Below, piece after piece: positions 1 through 11,439 of a stretch of DNA of 64,000 nt. The DNA lies in assembly GCA_016716005.1 (NCBI GenBank), contig JADJXE010000001.1:2167733-2231732 (forward strand), given 5' to 3'. Every line of letters starts with the position of its first letter. Positions within the stretch are counted from its first letter, which is position 1. The DNA is from Acidimicrobiales bacterium (GTDB lineage Bacteria > Actinomycetota > Acidimicrobiia > Acidimicrobiales > JADJXE01). The notes under the pieces are model-generated. The model worked only from the letters and a program-made list of their open reading frames with translations. It had not been told where the DNA came from and did no database searches. The position numbers and the translations under genes were made by a program.

Positions 1-1
1 G

Positions 2-160
2 GCGATGGCCGCCTGGGAGCGGGAGGTGCCGTTCCGCGCGCTGCTCGAGGCCGACCCCCGCGTGACGCTCACGGCGGAGCAGCTCGACGAGGCCTTCTCG
101 CTCGACCGGGCCCTCCGCCACACCGACCGCGTGTTCGATGCCCTGGCGGCGGTGCCGTGA
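2..160 (+). CDS. purB: adenylosuccinate lyase, C-terminal fragment (gene starts upstream of window)
   Basis: Frame translation AMAAWEREVPFRALLEADPRVTLTAEQLDEAFSLDRALRHTDRVFDALAAVP* looks like a PurB C-terminus. The TGA at 158-160 overlaps the GTG start of purC (GTGA). Sits in a pur gene context. Confidence 0.55.
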   Translation, partial: AMAAWEREVPFRALLEADPRVTLTAEQLDEAFSLDRALRHTDRVFDALAAVP

Positions 161-1056
161 GCGCGGGGTTGGCGCTGCCGCACCTGCACTCCGGGAAGGT
201 GCGCGACGTCTACGACGCCGGTGACGACCACCTGCTGATCGTCGCCTCCGACCGGCTCTCGGCCTTCGACGTGGTGATGGTGGAGCCGATCCCCGACAAG
301 GGCCGGGTGCTCACGGCCATGACGGCCTTCTGGTGCGCCGAGCTGGCCGACGTGGCGCCGAGCCACCTCGTCTCGACGGAGCTGGCCGACCTGCCCGAGC
401 CGGCGCGCCGGCCCGAGCTGGCCGGACGGGTGATGCTGGTGCGGCGGGCCAGGATGCTGCCGATCGAGTGCATCGTGCGGGGCTACCTGGCCGGCTCCGG
501 CTGGAAGGAGTACCGCGACTCCGGCACCCTCCACGGCACCCCGTACCCGCGGGGGCTCCGCCAGAGCGACCGCCTCCCCGAGCCGGTGTTCACGCCCTCC
601 ACCAAGGCGGCCGACGGCACCCACGACGTGAACCTGTCGTTCGACGAGGCCGAGCGCCTGGTGGGCCGAGAGGTGGCGGAGCGGGCCCGCGAGGTGTCGC
701 TGGCCCTGTACCGGCGCGGCGCGGCGCGGGCGGCCGAGCGGGGGATCATCGTGGCCGACACCAAGTTCGAGCTCGGCTTCGTCGACGGCGAGCTGGTCGT
801 GGCCGACGAGATCCTCACCCCCGACTCGTCGAGGTTCTGGCCCGCCGACGGCTGGGTGCCCGGCGAGGTGCCCCCCTCGTTCGACAAGCAGCCCGTGCGC
901 GACTACCTCGACGCCCTCGACTGGGACAAGTCGCCCCCGCCGCCTCCGCTGCCCGACGAGGTCGTGGCGGCGACCCGGCGGCGCTACGTCGAGGCCTACG
1001 AGCGCATCACCCGGCTGTCCTTCGCCGCCTGGCCCGGTGGGCCGGCGGAGCCGTGA
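157..1056 (+). CDS. purC: phosphoribosylaminoimidazole-succinocarboxamide (SAICAR) synthase
   Basis: 299-aa ORF with HSGKVRDVYD...LLIVASDRLSAFD...TKFELG and the C-terminal YVEAYERIT typical of PurC. Followed by purS and purQ. Confidence 0.95.
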   Translation: MSAGLALPHLHSGKVRDVYDAGDDHLLIVASDRLSAFDVVMVEPIPDKGRVLTAMTAFWCAELADVAPSHLVSTELADLPEPARRPELAGRVMLVRRARMLPIECIVRGYLAGSGWKEYRDSGTLHGTPYPRGLRQSDRLPEPVFTPSTKAADGTHDVNLSFDEAERLVGREVAERAREVSLALYRRGAARAAERGIIVADTKFELGFVDGELVVADEILTPDSSRFWPADGWVPGEVPPSFDKQPVRDYLDALDWDKSPPPPPLPDEVVAATRRRYVEAYERITRLSFAAWPGGPAEP

Positions 1057-1068
1057 GAGCATGGCCCC

Positions 1069-1341
1069 ATGACGTTCTCGGTCCTCGTCGAGGTCCGCCT
1101 GCGCGCCGGGGTCGCCGATCCCCAGGGCGCCACGATCGAGCGCTCGCTCCCAACGCTCGGGTTCCCGGGCGTCCGCGGGGTTCGGGTGGGCAAGGCCATC
1201 CGCTTCCACCTGGAGGCGGCCGACGAGGCCGCCGCACGCGCCGAGGTCGACGACCTGTGCCGGCGCTTCCTCACCAACCCGGTCATCGAGGACGCGGTGG
1301 TCACCGTCGAGCCGGCCGCCGAGCGGCTCGCGCGCCGATGA
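1069..1341 (+). CDS. purS: phosphoribosylformylglycinamidine synthase subunit PurS
   Basis: 90-aa ORF (MTFSVLVEVRLRAGVADPQGATIERSL...) with PurS size and motif. Its stop overlaps the purQ ATG (ATGA at 1338-1341). Confidence 0.9.
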   Translation: MTFSVLVEVRLRAGVADPQGATIERSLPTLGFPGVRGVRVGKAIRFHLEAADEAAARAEVDDLCRRFLTNPVIEDAVVTVEPAAERLARR

Positions 1342-2012
1342 GCGCCCGGGTCGGGGTCGTGCTGTTCCCCGGCTCCAACTGCGAGGCCGACGTGGTCGAG
1401 GTGGTGCGCGACCTGGGGGGCGAGGCCGAGGTGGTCTGGCACGGGTCGACGGCGCTGGGCGACGTCGACGCCGTGGTCCTGCCGGGCGGCTTCGCCCACG
1501 GCGACTACCTGCGCACCGGGGCCATCGCCCGGTTCTCCCCGGTCATGACAGCGGTGAGCGGGTTCGCGGCGGCCGGTGGCCCGGTCGTCGGGATCTGCAA
1601 CGGCTTCCAGATCCTCACCGAGGCCGGTCTCCTCCCGGGGGCCCTCCAGAAGAACCGCGGGCTGAAGTTCGTGTGTGCCACCGTGGCCGTCCGGGTGGAG
1701 ACGTCGGCATCGGTGCTGACGGCCGAGGTGGCGTCGGGCACGGTGCTGCACGTCCCCGTCAACCACTTCGAGGGCAACTACACGTGCAGCCCCGAGACGC
1801 TGGCCGAGCTCCGTGCCGACGATCGGGTCGTGGTGCGCTATGTCGACAACCCCAACGGGTCGGTCGACGACATCGCCGGCGTGTGCTCCGCCGGGCGCAA
1901 CGTGGTGGGGCTCATGCCCCATCCCGAGCGAGCGTGCCATCCCCTGCTCGGCTCGACGGACGGCGTGCCCCTGGTGCGGTCGCTCCTGGCGTCGGCCGGC
2001 GCCCGAGCCTGA
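1338..2012 (+). CDS. purQ: phosphoribosylformylglycinamidine synthase subunit PurQ (glutaminase)
   Basis: C-terminal 224 aa of track ORF 333..2012, starting at MSARVGVVLFPGSNCE. Shows the GICNGFQ catalytic Cys and MPHPER His motifs. The N-terminal part of the track ORF is a shadow frame over purC/purS. Confidence 0.95.
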   Translation: MSARVGVVLFPGSNCEADVVEVVRDLGGEAEVVWHGSTALGDVDAVVLPGGFAHGDYLRTGAIARFSPVMTAVSGFAAAGGPVVGICNGFQILTEAGLLPGALQKNRGLKFVCATVAVRVETSASVLTAEVASGTVLHVPVNHFEGNYTCSPETLAELRADDRVVVRYVDNPNGSVDDIAGVCSAGRNVVGLMPHPERACHPLLGSTDGVPLVRSLLASAGARA

Positions 2013-2025
2013 GCGCCGAGGCCGA

Positions 2026-2445
2026 TCAGCCGCCCCGGCCGATCCCGGCCCGCTTGAGCACCGCGGCGGGCACCCCCACCTCGCGCCATGCGGCATAGGA
2101 GATGCCCTTGCGCTCGCCGTAGCCCTTGGCGGCGGCGGCGAAGGCGTCCTCGAGCTCGGTGAGGTCGACGGTCTCGGCCATGCCCGCCAGCTCCTCGGTG
2201 AGATCCTGGCGTTCCTGCACGAGCTGGAGCCTCTTCAGCGGGTCGGCACCCGACAGCTGGGACTCGATGCCGGCGAGGCGCTTCTTGATCGAGTCCGGCG
2301 TGCGCTTGCGTCCTCGCTTCGGCCGGTGATCCTCGAGCGCTTTGAGGTAATTGCGGACGGCCCGACCTTCGGCACGGCCTCGGGCGAGGGCCTCTTTGTG
2401 CTCGTCGGTCATCGAGGGCGGACGGCGGGTCTTGGTGGCGGTCAT
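2026..2445 (-). CDS. hypothetical charged protein (coiled-coil-like, possible C-terminal HTH)
   Basis: Internal start MTATKTRRPP in track ORF 2026..2712. Lys/Arg/Glu-rich, ending ISYAAWREVGVPAAVLKRAGI. Convergent with purQ and divergent from purL. No family recognised. Confidence 0.45.
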   Translation of the reverse strand: MTATKTRRPPSMTDEHKEALARGRAEGRAVRNYLKALEDHRPKRGRKRTPDSIKKRLAGIESQLSGADPLKRLQLVQERQDLTEELAGMAETVDLTELEDAFAAAAKGYGERKGISYAAWREVGVPAAVLKRAGIGRGG

Positions 2446-2602
2446 CGGGTGAATCCTCGCGGTTGGCATTGCCTCGTTGCAAGCACGCTCGCGCCCGGCA
2501 TTGATGCTCGACACCGTGTCGAGATTCTGCGGATCGCGCGCCAGCCGTTGCTGCCGGTCAGCCCGACCGGCGCGGGCGGCGCCCTCCGGTAGGTTGGCGA
2601 CC

Positions 2603-4816
2603 GTGCCCGCGCAGCAGCAGCCTCTCCACCGGGCCCTCGGCCTCACCGACGACGAGCTGGCCGCCATCGAGCGGATCCTCGGCCGGACGCCCAACCACCT
2701 CGAGCTGGCCATGTACGCGGTGATGTGGTCGGAGCACTGCTCCTACAAGTCGTCGCGGCTCCACCTGCGCCGCTTGCCCACCGAGGCGCCGTGGGTGCTG
2801 GTCGGGCCGGGCGAGAACGCCGGGGTGATCGACGTCGGCGACGGCATCGCCGCGGCCATCCGGATCGAGAGCCACAACCACCCTTCGGCGATCGAGCCGT
2901 ACCAGGGTGCGGCCACGGGCGTGGGCGGGATCCTCCGCGACATCTTCACGATGGGTGCCCGGCCGATCGCCCTGATGGATCCGCTGCGCTTCGGGCCGCT
3001 CGACCACGCCCGCAGCCGCTGGGTCGCCGAGGGGGTGGTGAGCGGGATCTCCGGCTACGGCAACTCCGTGGGCGTCCCCACCGTCGGCGGGGAGGTCGTG
3101 TTCGACGAGACGTACGCCGAGAACCCGCTGGTGAACGTGCTGTGCCTGGGCCTGCTGCCCACCGAGCGACTGGTGCTGGGACAGGCCAGCGGGGTCGGCA
3201 ACCTGGCGGTGCTCCTGGGCTCCACCACGGGGCGCGACGGCATCGGTGGCGTGAGCGTGCTGGCCTCGGCCGGCTTCGCCGACGAGGAGACCGACGCGTC
3301 GAAGCGACCCAGCGTGCAGGTGGGCGACCCCTTCGAGGAGAAGCGGCTCATCGAGGCGTGCCTCGAGCTGCTCGACGCCGGCCTGGTGGTCGGCATCCAG
3401 GACCTCGGGGGGGCCGGCCTCACCTGCGCCACCAGCGAGACGGCGTCGCGCGGCCGCGTCGGCATGGACGTCGACGTCCGCGCCGTGCCGAGGCGCGAAC
3501 CGGGCATGGAGCCCTTCGAGGTGCTCACCAGCGAGAGCCAGGAGCGCATGCTGGCGATCGTCGAGCCGGCCGGCCTCGACCGGGTCCTCGAGATCTGCGC
3601 TCGCTGGGACGTGCGCGCCACCGTGGTGGGCAGGGTCACCGACGGGTGGGAGCTGCGGATCCTGGACGGCTTCGACGGCGAGGTGCTGGCCGACGTGCCG
3701 GCCGCGTCGCTGCACGAGGACGCCCCCCTGTACGACCGGCCGCGCCGGGCACCCGAGCGGGATCCCGCCGCGGTCGACCCCGCCTCGCAGACCGACGGGG
3801 TCGACGCCGGCGCCGACCTGCTCGGCATGCTCTGCGACCCGGCGTGGGTGTACCGCCAGTTCGACCACCAGCTCTTCCTGAACACCGTCGAGGCTCCCGG
3901 GGGGGACGCCGCCGTGCTCCGGCTGAAGCACCCGGCCACGGGGGTCGACACCGGCCGGGGCCTCGGCCTCACCACCGACGGCAACCACCGCTGGTGCGCC
4001 GTCGACCCCCGCGCCGGCACCGCGCTCGTGGTGGCCGAGGCCACGCTCAACCTGGCGTGCGTCGGCGCTCGCCACCGTGCGCTGGTCAACTGCCTGAACT
4101 TCGGGAACCCCGAGCACCCGGAGGTGATGTGGCAGCTCTCCGAGGCCATCGACGGCATGGCCGAGACCTGCCTGGCCCTCGACCTCCCCGTTGTGGGTGG
4201 CAACGTCAGCCTCTACAACGAGAGCCGGGGCCGCGACATCGACCCGACCCCGATCGTGGGTGTCCTCGGCGTGATCGACCGCCTCGAGCGACGACCGCCG
4301 GGCGTGCGGCTCGTCGACGGCGGCCGGGTGCTCACGATCGGCCCCGGCCAGGCGGCACTCGGCGGCTCGGAATGGGCGTGGCGGCGAGGGGCCCGCGGCG
4401 GGGCGCTGCCCTCCCTCGACCTCGCGCTCCATGCCCGCGTGCTCGACCTGGTGCGCGAGCTCGTGCTCGAGGGGCTCCTCGCCGGCGTGCACGACGTGGC
4501 CGGAGGCGGGTTCGCGGTGGCGCTGGCCGAGATGGCGGTGCGGGGCGGGGTGGGGGCCAGGGTCGTCGGCCCGGCCTCCGTCGCCGAGGCCTTCACGGAG
4601 GCGCCCTCGCAGGTGATCGCCTGCGCCGAGCCCGACGTGGCCCAGGAGGTCGCCCGCCGGGCGGCCGCGGCCGGGGTGCCGGTGGCCCTCGTCGGGGGGT
4701 GCGGCGGGGACCGGCTCGTGCTGGAGGGCCTGCTCGACGTGAGCCTCGCCGACGCCACCGCTTCGTGGCGCGATCGGTTGCCGACGGCGTTCGGCACCGG
4801 GGCGCTCCATGACTGA
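2603..4816 (+). CDS. purL: phosphoribosylformylglycinamidine synthase subunit PurL
   Basis: GTG start giving [51 protein letters not shown], plus ESHNHPS. About 737 aa, the normal PurL size. Confidence 0.95.
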   Translation: MPAQQQPLHRALGLTDDELAAIERILGRTPNHLELAMYAVMWSEHCSYKSSRLHLRRLPTEAPWVLVGPGENAGVIDVGDGIAAAIRIESHNHPSAIEPYQGAATGVGGILRDIFTMGARPIALMDPLRFGPLDHARSRWVAEGVVSGISGYGNSVGVPTVGGEVVFDETYAENPLVNVLCLGLLPTERLVLGQASGVGNLAVLLGSTTGRDGIGGVSVLASAGFADEETDASKRPSVQVGDPFEEKRLIEACLELLDAGLVVGIQDLGGAGLTCATSETASRGRVGMDVDVRAVPRREPGMEPFEVLTSESQERMLAIVEPAGLDRVLEICARWDVRATVVGRVTDGWELRILDGFDGEVLADVPAASLHEDAPLYDRPRRAPERDPAAVDPASQTDGVDAGADLLGMLCDPAWVYRQFDHQLFLNTVEAPGGDAAVLRLKHPATGVDTGRGLGLTTDGNHRWCAVDPRAGTALVVAEATLNLACVGARHRALVNCLNFGNPEHPEVMWQLSEAIDGMAETCLALDLPVVGGNVSLYNESRGRDIDPTPIVGVLGVIDRLERRPPGVRLVDGGRVLTIGPGQAALGGSEWAWRRGARGGALPSLDLALHARVLDLVRELVLEGLLAGVHDVAGGGFAVALAEMAVRGGVGARVVGPASVAEAFTEAPSQVIACAEPDVAQEVARRAAAAGVPVALVGGCGGDRLVLEGLLDVSLADATASWRDRLPTAFGTGALHD

Positions 4817-6311
4817 TCGGTCCTACGATGGAGAGGTGGTCGTCGCCGACGCCGACACGCCGAAGGAGGCCTGCGGGGTCTTCGGTGTGTACGCCCCCGG
4901 TCAGCCGGTGGCGCACCTGACGTACCTGGGTCTGTACGCCCTGCAGCACCGCGGCCAGGAGTCGGCGGGCATGTCGGTGAGCGACGGCCGGCTGCTCACC
5001 GTCGTGAAGGACATGGGCCTCGTCTCCAACGCCTTCGACGATCGCACCCTGGCCGCCCTCGCCGGGCACCTGGCCATCGGCCACACCCGCTACTCGACCA
5101 CCGGGTCGAGCACGTGGCAGAACGCCCAGCCGGTGTACCGCGACACCGGCGCCGGTGGCTTCGCCCTCGGCCACAACGGCAACCTGGTGAACACCAACGA
5201 CCTGGCCGTGGAGCTGGGCGCGCTGCCCGGCACCATCACCAGCGACACCGACCTCATCGCCGAGCTGCTGGCGGCCGAGGTGCGCGCCGGCGACGACTCC
5301 GGCGAGTCGCACGACCTCGAGTGGGCCTTGGAGCAGGTGGTCCCCCGCCTGCGCGGGGCCTTCTCCCTCGTGCTCATGGACGAGCGGCGGATCGTGGGCG
5401 TGCGCGACCCCAACGGCTTCCGACCGCTGTGCCTCGGCCGCCTGGGCAGCGGTTGGGTGCTCGCGTCCGAGACCCCGGCCCTCGACATCGTGGGGGCGCA
5501 CTTCGTGCGCGAGCTCGATCCGGGCGAGATGGTGGTCATCGACGCCTCGGGCCCCCGATCGGTCGCCCTGTTCGCCGCCGAGCAGATCGATCCGACGCTC
5601 TGCCTGTTCGAGTTCGTCTACTTCGCCCGCCCCGACAGCCAGCTCTACGGACGCAACGTGCAGGCGGCGCGCAAGCGGATGGGTCGGCTGCTCGCCGAGC
5701 AGGCGCCCCTGTCGCCGGACCCCACCGGCCTCGACCGGCCGGCCATGGTGATGCCGGTGCCCGAGTCGGGCATCCCCGCGGCCCAGGGCTACGCCGAGGC
5801 CAGCGGCATCCCCTACGGCGACGGCCTCGTGAAGAACCGCTACATAGGCCGCACGTTCATCGCTCCCAGCCAGGAGCTGCGCGCCATGGCGGTGCGGATG
5901 AAGCTCAACCCCATCCGAGAGGCCATCGCCGGGAAGCGGCTCGTCGTGGTCGACGACTCGATCGTGCGCGGCACCACCACCCGGGCGATGGTCGCGATGC
6001 TGCGGGAGTCGGGCGCGGCCGAGGTGCACCTGCGGGTGTCGTCGCCGCCCTACCGCTGGCCCTGCTACTACGGCATGGACACGGGTGAGCGGGGTGAGCT
6101 GCTGGCGGCCAACCTCACGGTCGACGAGATCCGCGACTACCTGGGCGTCGACACGCTGTCGTACCTGGCCCTCGACCGCCTGCTCGCGGCCACCGGGGCC
6201 AGCGGCGCGGGCTTCTGCACGGCCTGCCTCACCGGTGAGTACCCGGTGGACCTGCCCGTGCTCGTGGGCAAGCGGGTGCTCGAGGCGGAGGGCGTCGCGG
6301 CGCGTGGGTGA
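4809..6311 (+). CDS. purF: amidophosphoribosyltransferase
   Basis: 500-aa ORF with N-terminal ...[10 protein letters not shown] (catalytic Cys after propeptide), the PRPP loop [12 protein letters not shown], and C-terminal Cys residues (CYYG, CTAC). Start overlaps the purL stop. Confidence 0.95.
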   Translation: MTDRSYDGEVVVADADTPKEACGVFGVYAPGQPVAHLTYLGLYALQHRGQESAGMSVSDGRLLTVVKDMGLVSNAFDDRTLAALAGHLAIGHTRYSTTGSSTWQNAQPVYRDTGAGGFALGHNGNLVNTNDLAVELGALPGTITSDTDLIAELLAAEVRAGDDSGESHDLEWALEQVVPRLRGAFSLVLMDERRIVGVRDPNGFRPLCLGRLGSGWVLASETPALDIVGAHFVRELDPGEMVVIDASGPRSVALFAAEQIDPTLCLFEFVYFARPDSQLYGRNVQAARKRMGRLLAEQAPLSPDPTGLDRPAMVMPVPESGIPAAQGYAEASGIPYGDGLVKNRYIGRTFIAPSQELRAMAVRMKLNPIREAIAGKRLVVVDDSIVRGTTTRAMVAMLRESGAAEVHLRVSSPPYRWPCYYGMDTGERGELLAANLTVDEIRDYLGVDTLSYLALDRLLAATGASGAGFCTACLTGEYPVDLPVLVGKRVLEAEGVAARG

Positions 6312-7335
6312 GACCTACAAGGCGTCGGGCGTCGACATAGCGGCCGGCGAGGAGGCCGTCGAGCGCATCAAGGCCAAGGTGCGGTCCACCTTCCGCCCGG
6401 AGGTCATCGGCGACATCGGCGGCTTCGGCGGGCTCTTCGCCTTCCCGGCCAAGCGCTACCGCGACCCGGTGCTGGTCTCCACCACGGACGGGGTGGGCAC
6501 CAAGGCGCTGGTCGCCCAGGCGGTCGGTCGCTTCGACACCATCGGCGTCGACCTGGTCGCCATGTGCGTCGACGATCTGGTCTGCCAGGGGGCCGAGCCG
6601 CTCTTCTTCCTCGACTACATCGCCGTGGGCCGCCTCGATCCCGACCAGATCGAGGAGATCGTGGAGGGGGTGGCCGAGGGTTGCCGGCAGGCGCGCTGCG
6701 CCCTCATCGGCGGCGAGATGGCCGAGCACCCCGGCTCCATGGAGCCCGGCGAGTTCGACCTGGTCGGGTTCGCCGTCGGCGTCGTCGAGCGCGAGCGCCT
6801 GGTCGGCCCGCACCGCCCGCGCCGGGGTGACGTGCTGATCGGCCTGCCGTCGCCCGGGCTGCGCTCCAACGGCTACTCCCTCGCCCGACGGGTGCTGCTC
6901 GACGTGGCCGGGCGCCCGCTCGACGGCCCGGCGTTCGACGGCGCCCACACCACGCTGGCCGAGGAGCTGCTCCGCCCGTCGGTGATCTACGCGCCGGCCG
7001 TGGGAGAGCTGCTGCGGCACGTCGACGTGCGCGCCGTGGCCCACGTCACCGGAGGCGGGATCGTGGGGAACGTGGCCCGGGTGCTCCCCCACTCGCTCGA
7101 CGCGGTCGTGCACCGCGGGTCGTGGGAGCCACCTCGCATCTTCGGCGAGATCCAGCGGCTGGGCCACGTCGACGACGAGGAGATGGCTCGCGTGTTCAAC
7201 CTGGGCGTCGGCATGGTGGTGGTGGTGCCGCCGTCCGACGCGCTCCGGGCGCTCGACGTGCTGCGAACCGCCGGCCACCGTGCCATCGAGCTGGGGGAGC
7301 TGGTACCCGGTCACGGCCACGTGCGCATCGTCTGA
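6304..7335 (+). CDS. purM: phosphoribosylformylglycinamidine cyclo-ligase (AIR synthetase)
   Basis: GTG start [23 protein letters not shown]... inside track ORF 6085..7335, with DGVGTK and GGE motifs. Overlaps the purF stop by 8 nt. Confidence 0.95.
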   Translation: MGETYKASGVDIAAGEEAVERIKAKVRSTFRPEVIGDIGGFGGLFAFPAKRYRDPVLVSTTDGVGTKALVAQAVGRFDTIGVDLVAMCVDDLVCQGAEPLFFLDYIAVGRLDPDQIEEIVEGVAEGCRQARCALIGGEMAEHPGSMEPGEFDLVGFAVGVVERERLVGPHRPRRGDVLIGLPSPGLRSNGYSLARRVLLDVAGRPLDGPAFDGAHTTLAEELLRPSVIYAPAVGELLRHVDVRAVAHVTGGGIVGNVARVLPHSLDAVVHRGSWEPPRIFGEIQRLGHVDDEEMARVFNLGVGMVVVVPPSDALRALDVLRTAGHRAIELGELVPGHGHVRIV

Positions 7336-7417
7336 AGGTGCGGCGCCGCTCGCCTGCTCGGAGCGGCATACTTGTGGCCGTGAGCGCGTCGCCCGTCGGG
7401 ACGTCCGGAGTGCGCTG

Positions 7418-7801
7418 GTGATCCGCCTGGTCGCGTCGGCGGTGGTCGCGCTGCTCGCCGATGCCGTCGCCCTCCTGGTCACCTCGCTGGTCCTCGACGA
7501 CGTGACCCTGGACGCCACCGGCTTCGTCGTCGGCGTGGTCGTGTTCACGGTCGTCGGCGTCTTCGTCGAGCCGCTCCTGCGCCAGACGGCCCTGAAGAGC
7601 GCACCGGCGCTGCTCGGCAGCAGCTCCCTCGTCGCGACGCTCGTCAGCCTCGTCGTCGCAACGCTCGTCGCCGACGGCCTGCAGATCTCGGGCGCCCTCA
7701 CCTGGGTGCTGGCGACGGTGATGGTGTGGCTGATCGCGCTCGGCGCCCGTCTGCTGCTCCCGCTGGTCATCTTCAAGAAGACGCTGGCGCGGGCCCGCTG
7801 A
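7418..7801 (+). CDS. small multi-pass membrane protein (resembles phage-holin-4_2 / 4-TMS family)
   Basis: GTG start VIRLVASAVVALLADAV... Has four hydrophobic segments in two pseudo-repeats (LDDVTLDATGF / VADGLQISGAL). The family assignment is from memory only. Confidence 0.45.
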   Translation: MIRLVASAVVALLADAVALLVTSLVLDDVTLDATGFVVGVVVFTVVGVFVEPLLRQTALKSAPALLGSSSLVATLVSLVVATLVADGLQISGALTWVLATVMVWLIALGARLLLPLVIFKKTLARAR

Positions 7802-7835
7802 TCGTCGGCGGGGCCCGGGGCCCGGGGCCAGGGGC

Positions 7836-8150
7836 CTACTCGTCCCAGCCGATCCGACACCAACTCCGCCGCTCGCAGGTGGGGCAGCGGAGCCAGTGGG
7901 CGTGGCGGCGTACCGGGAGCCACAGGGTGACCGGCAGCATGCGCATCCCCAGGTCGACGAGCGCCAGCCGCGCCCGTGCGCCGCACGCGTCGCACTCGAC
8001 CACCACGGTCCCCTGGCGCCGGGGGCCGGTGGAGAACAGGACGGTCTTGCCCTCGCCGAGCCGTCCGGCCAGCACGTCGGGGGCGACGTCGACCGGTGCC
8101 TCGAACAGCGCCCGCTTGCCCTGCGGGTCGCGCCGTCCGGCCGGGTTCAC
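7836..8150 (-). CDS. small CxxC...CPxC zinc-ribbon-like protein
   Basis: 104 codons at the end of track ORF 7836..9404, with ECDACG...RCPTCE. The GTG start overlaps the TGA of the upstream ParA-like gene (GTGA at 8147-8150). Confidence 0.45.
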   Translation of the reverse strand: MNPAGRRDPQGKRALFEAPVDVAPDVLAGRLGEGKTVLFSTGPRRQGTVVVECDACGARARLALVDLGMRMLPVTLWLPVRRHAHWLRCPTCERRSWCRIGWDE

Positions 8151-8938
8151 GAGGCCTCGGCCGGCCGGGCGGCCAGCGGGTCGCCCAGCTCGTCGACCCG
8201 CTGCGCGAGCGCCCGGTAGGCCTGGGCGGCCGTGGAGCGGGGGGCGTGCTCGAGCACCGAGCGGCCCCGGCCCGGCGCCTCTGCCACCCGGACCGACTTG
8301 GGCACGGGCGGCTCGAGCACCGTGAGGCCGTAGCGGCCGCGGACGGCGTCGAGCACCTCGTGGGCCAACCGGGTGCGGCCGTCGTACAGCGTGGCCACGA
8401 CCCCCAGGACCTCGAGGCCGGGGTTGGTGTACGAGCGCACGTCGTCGACCGTCTCGAGCAGCTGGCCGACGCCCCGGTGCGAGAGGGTCTCGCACTGGAG
8501 GGGCACGAGCACCTCGTGGGCCGCGGTGAGCCCGTTGATGGTGAGGATGCCGAGCGACGGCGGGCAGTCGAGCAGCACGACGTCGTACGCCTCGAGCAGC
8601 GGCGCCAGGGCCCTGGCCACGGCGTACTCGCGGCCGGTGCGGGTGAGCAGGTGCACCTCGGCGCCGGCCAGGTCGATCGTGGCGGGCAGGAGGAACAGGT
8701 CGCCGCGCTTCACCACCACGTCGGCCGGTCGGGCGACCCGGCCCAGGAGCAGGTCGTGCAGCGACCGCTCGAGCAGCTCCGAGTCGATGCCGGTCGACCA
8801 CGTGAGGCAGGCCTGCGGGTCGAGGTCGACCAGGAGCACCCGCCGGCCCCGCTCGGCCAGGGCGGTGCCCAGGGAGTGGACGGTGGTGGTCTTGGCGACG
8901 CCGCCCTTCTGGTTGGCGACGGCGATCACCCTGGCCAT
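8147..8938 (-). CDS. ParA/Soj-family ATPase (orphan, no parB nearby)
   Basis: MARVIAVANQKGGVAKTTTVHSLG... deviant Walker A, VLLVDLDPQ, and DVVLLDCPPSLG. An alternative upstream start lies at 8998. Confidence 0.85.
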   Translation of the reverse strand: MARVIAVANQKGGVAKTTTVHSLGTALAERGRRVLLVDLDPQACLTWSTGIDSELLERSLHDLLLGRVARPADVVVKRGDLFLLPATIDLAGAEVHLLTRTGREYAVARALAPLLEAYDVVLLDCPPSLGILTINGLTAAHEVLVPLQCETLSHRGVGQLLETVDDVRSYTNPGLEVLGVVATLYDGRTRLAHEVLDAVRGRYGLTVLEPPVPKSVRVAEAPGRGRSVLEHAPRSTAAQAYRALAQRVDELGDPLAARPAEAS

Positions 8939-9027
8939 GAGGCGAGTGTACGACGGCCGCTCCGCGCGACCGTGCGGGTCCGTGGTGGCGCCGGTCACCC
9001 GAACCCGGCCCGATACGGTCGGGAGCC

Positions 9028-9582
9028 GTGACCCTCGACGCGCTCCGTGACCACCTGCTCACCCACGCCGTCCGGCGGGGCGAGTTCACCCTCAAGTCGG
9101 GGCGGCGCAGCACGTGGTTCATCGACGGGAAGCAGACCCTCTGCCGGCCCGAGGGGCTGCTGCTGGTGGCCGAGGCCGCCCTCGCCGTGCTCCCGGCGGA
9201 GGCCACCGCCATCGGTGGTCTCACCATGGGCGCCGACCCCATGGCGTTCGGGCTCGCCGGCGTCGCGGCGACCACGGGTCGGATGCTGCGCTCGTTCAGC
9301 ATCCGGAAGGACCCGAAGGACCACGGGGTGACGGGCCGGCTCGCGGGCGCGCTCGAGGCCGGCGACCGAGTCGTGGTCGTCGAGGACGTGGTGAGTCGGG
9401 GCACCTCCGTGCTGGAGGCCGCCCGCGTGGTCCGCGAGCTGGGCGCCGAACCGGTGCTGCTGCTCGCCGTGGTCGACCGGGGCGGTACGTGCGGCGAGCT
9501 GGCCGCGGCCGAGGGGATCCCCTTCCGCCCGCTGCTGACCGCCCCGGACCTGGGGCTCCCCTACGAGGGCGGCGCCGGCTGA
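9028..9582 (+). CDS. pyrE: orotate phosphoribosyltransferase
   Basis: 184-aa ORF with GEFTLKSGRRSTWFIDGK and the PRPP-binding loop RVVVVEDVVSRGTS. Confidence 0.9.
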   Translation: MTLDALRDHLLTHAVRRGEFTLKSGRRSTWFIDGKQTLCRPEGLLLVAEAALAVLPAEATAIGGLTMGADPMAFGLAGVAATTGRMLRSFSIRKDPKDHGVTGRLAGALEAGDRVVVVEDVVSRGTSVLEAARVVRELGAEPVLLLAVVDRGGTCGELAAAEGIPFRPLLTAPDLGLPYEGGAG

Positions 9583-9643
9583 GGGGCGCCCACGGGCACG
9601 CCTCGGGCTGCCGGGGCGCCCGGCTGCGGCTCGACCCCCGCAC

Positions 9644-11077
<1,434 letters not shown>

Positions 11078-11104
<27 letters not shown>

Positions 11105-11150
11105 CCTCGCGCTTTTCAGGCGCGCGCTCTGCCAACTGAGCTACCCGACC
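11078..11150 (-). tRNA. tRNA-Phe (anticodon GAA)
   Basis: Reverse complement GGTCGGGTAGCTCAGTTGGCAGAGCGCGCGCCTGAAAAGCGCGAGGTCACCGGATCGACGCCGGTCCCGACCA folds as a cloverleaf with anticodon loop CTGAAAA. CCA is not encoded. The T-loop reads ATCGACG. Confidence 0.9.
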
Positions 11151-11190
11151 GTGTCACGGCGGGCCGGGGCCCGACCGTGGCGGTTGTTGT

Positions 11191-11268
11191 TGGCGGTCCC
11201 GACGGGATTTGAACCCGCGGCCTCCGGCTTGACAGGCCGGCGTGCACTCCAAACTGCACCACGGGACC
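11191..11268 (-). tRNA. tRNA-Asp (anticodon GTC)
   Basis: Reverse complement GGTCCCGTGGTGCAGTTTGGAGTGCACGCCGGCCTGTCAAGCCGGAGGCCGCGGGTTCAAATCCCGTCGGGACCGCCA has anticodon loop CTGTCAA and an encoded CCA. Confidence 0.95.
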
Positions 11269-11300
11269 AGGTGTGGGTGACGTTGCCGAGCGGTTGAGGT

Positions 11301-11377
11301 TGGGCGCCCCCAACGGGATTCGAACCCGTGCCGCCGCCTTGAAAGGGCGGTGTCCTCGGCCACTAGACGATGGGGGC
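11301..11377 (-). tRNA. tRNA-Glu (anticodon TTC)
   Basis: Reverse complement GCCCCCATCGTCTAGTGGCCGAGGACACCGCCCTTTCAAGGCGGCGGCACGGGTTCGAATCCCGTTGGGGGCGCCCA has anticodon loop CTTTCAA and an encoded CCA. Confidence 0.95.
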
Positions 11378-11439
11378 TCGACTCCCCTGGGAAGCGCGAG
11401 GACAGTAGCAGGGGCGGCGGAGCCGCCCAAACCCGTGCC

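Noticed and set aside
333-1337. N-terminal 335 aa of track ORF 333..2012, and similar long alternative-frame ORFs over the pur genes (996..2096 -, 2558..4810 -, 2725..4812 +, 4593..6029 -, 6229..7995 -).
   Set aside because: They overlap purC, purS, purL, purF and purM, which have clear family motifs. The compositions are Arg/Pro/Gly-rich with no recognisable domains.
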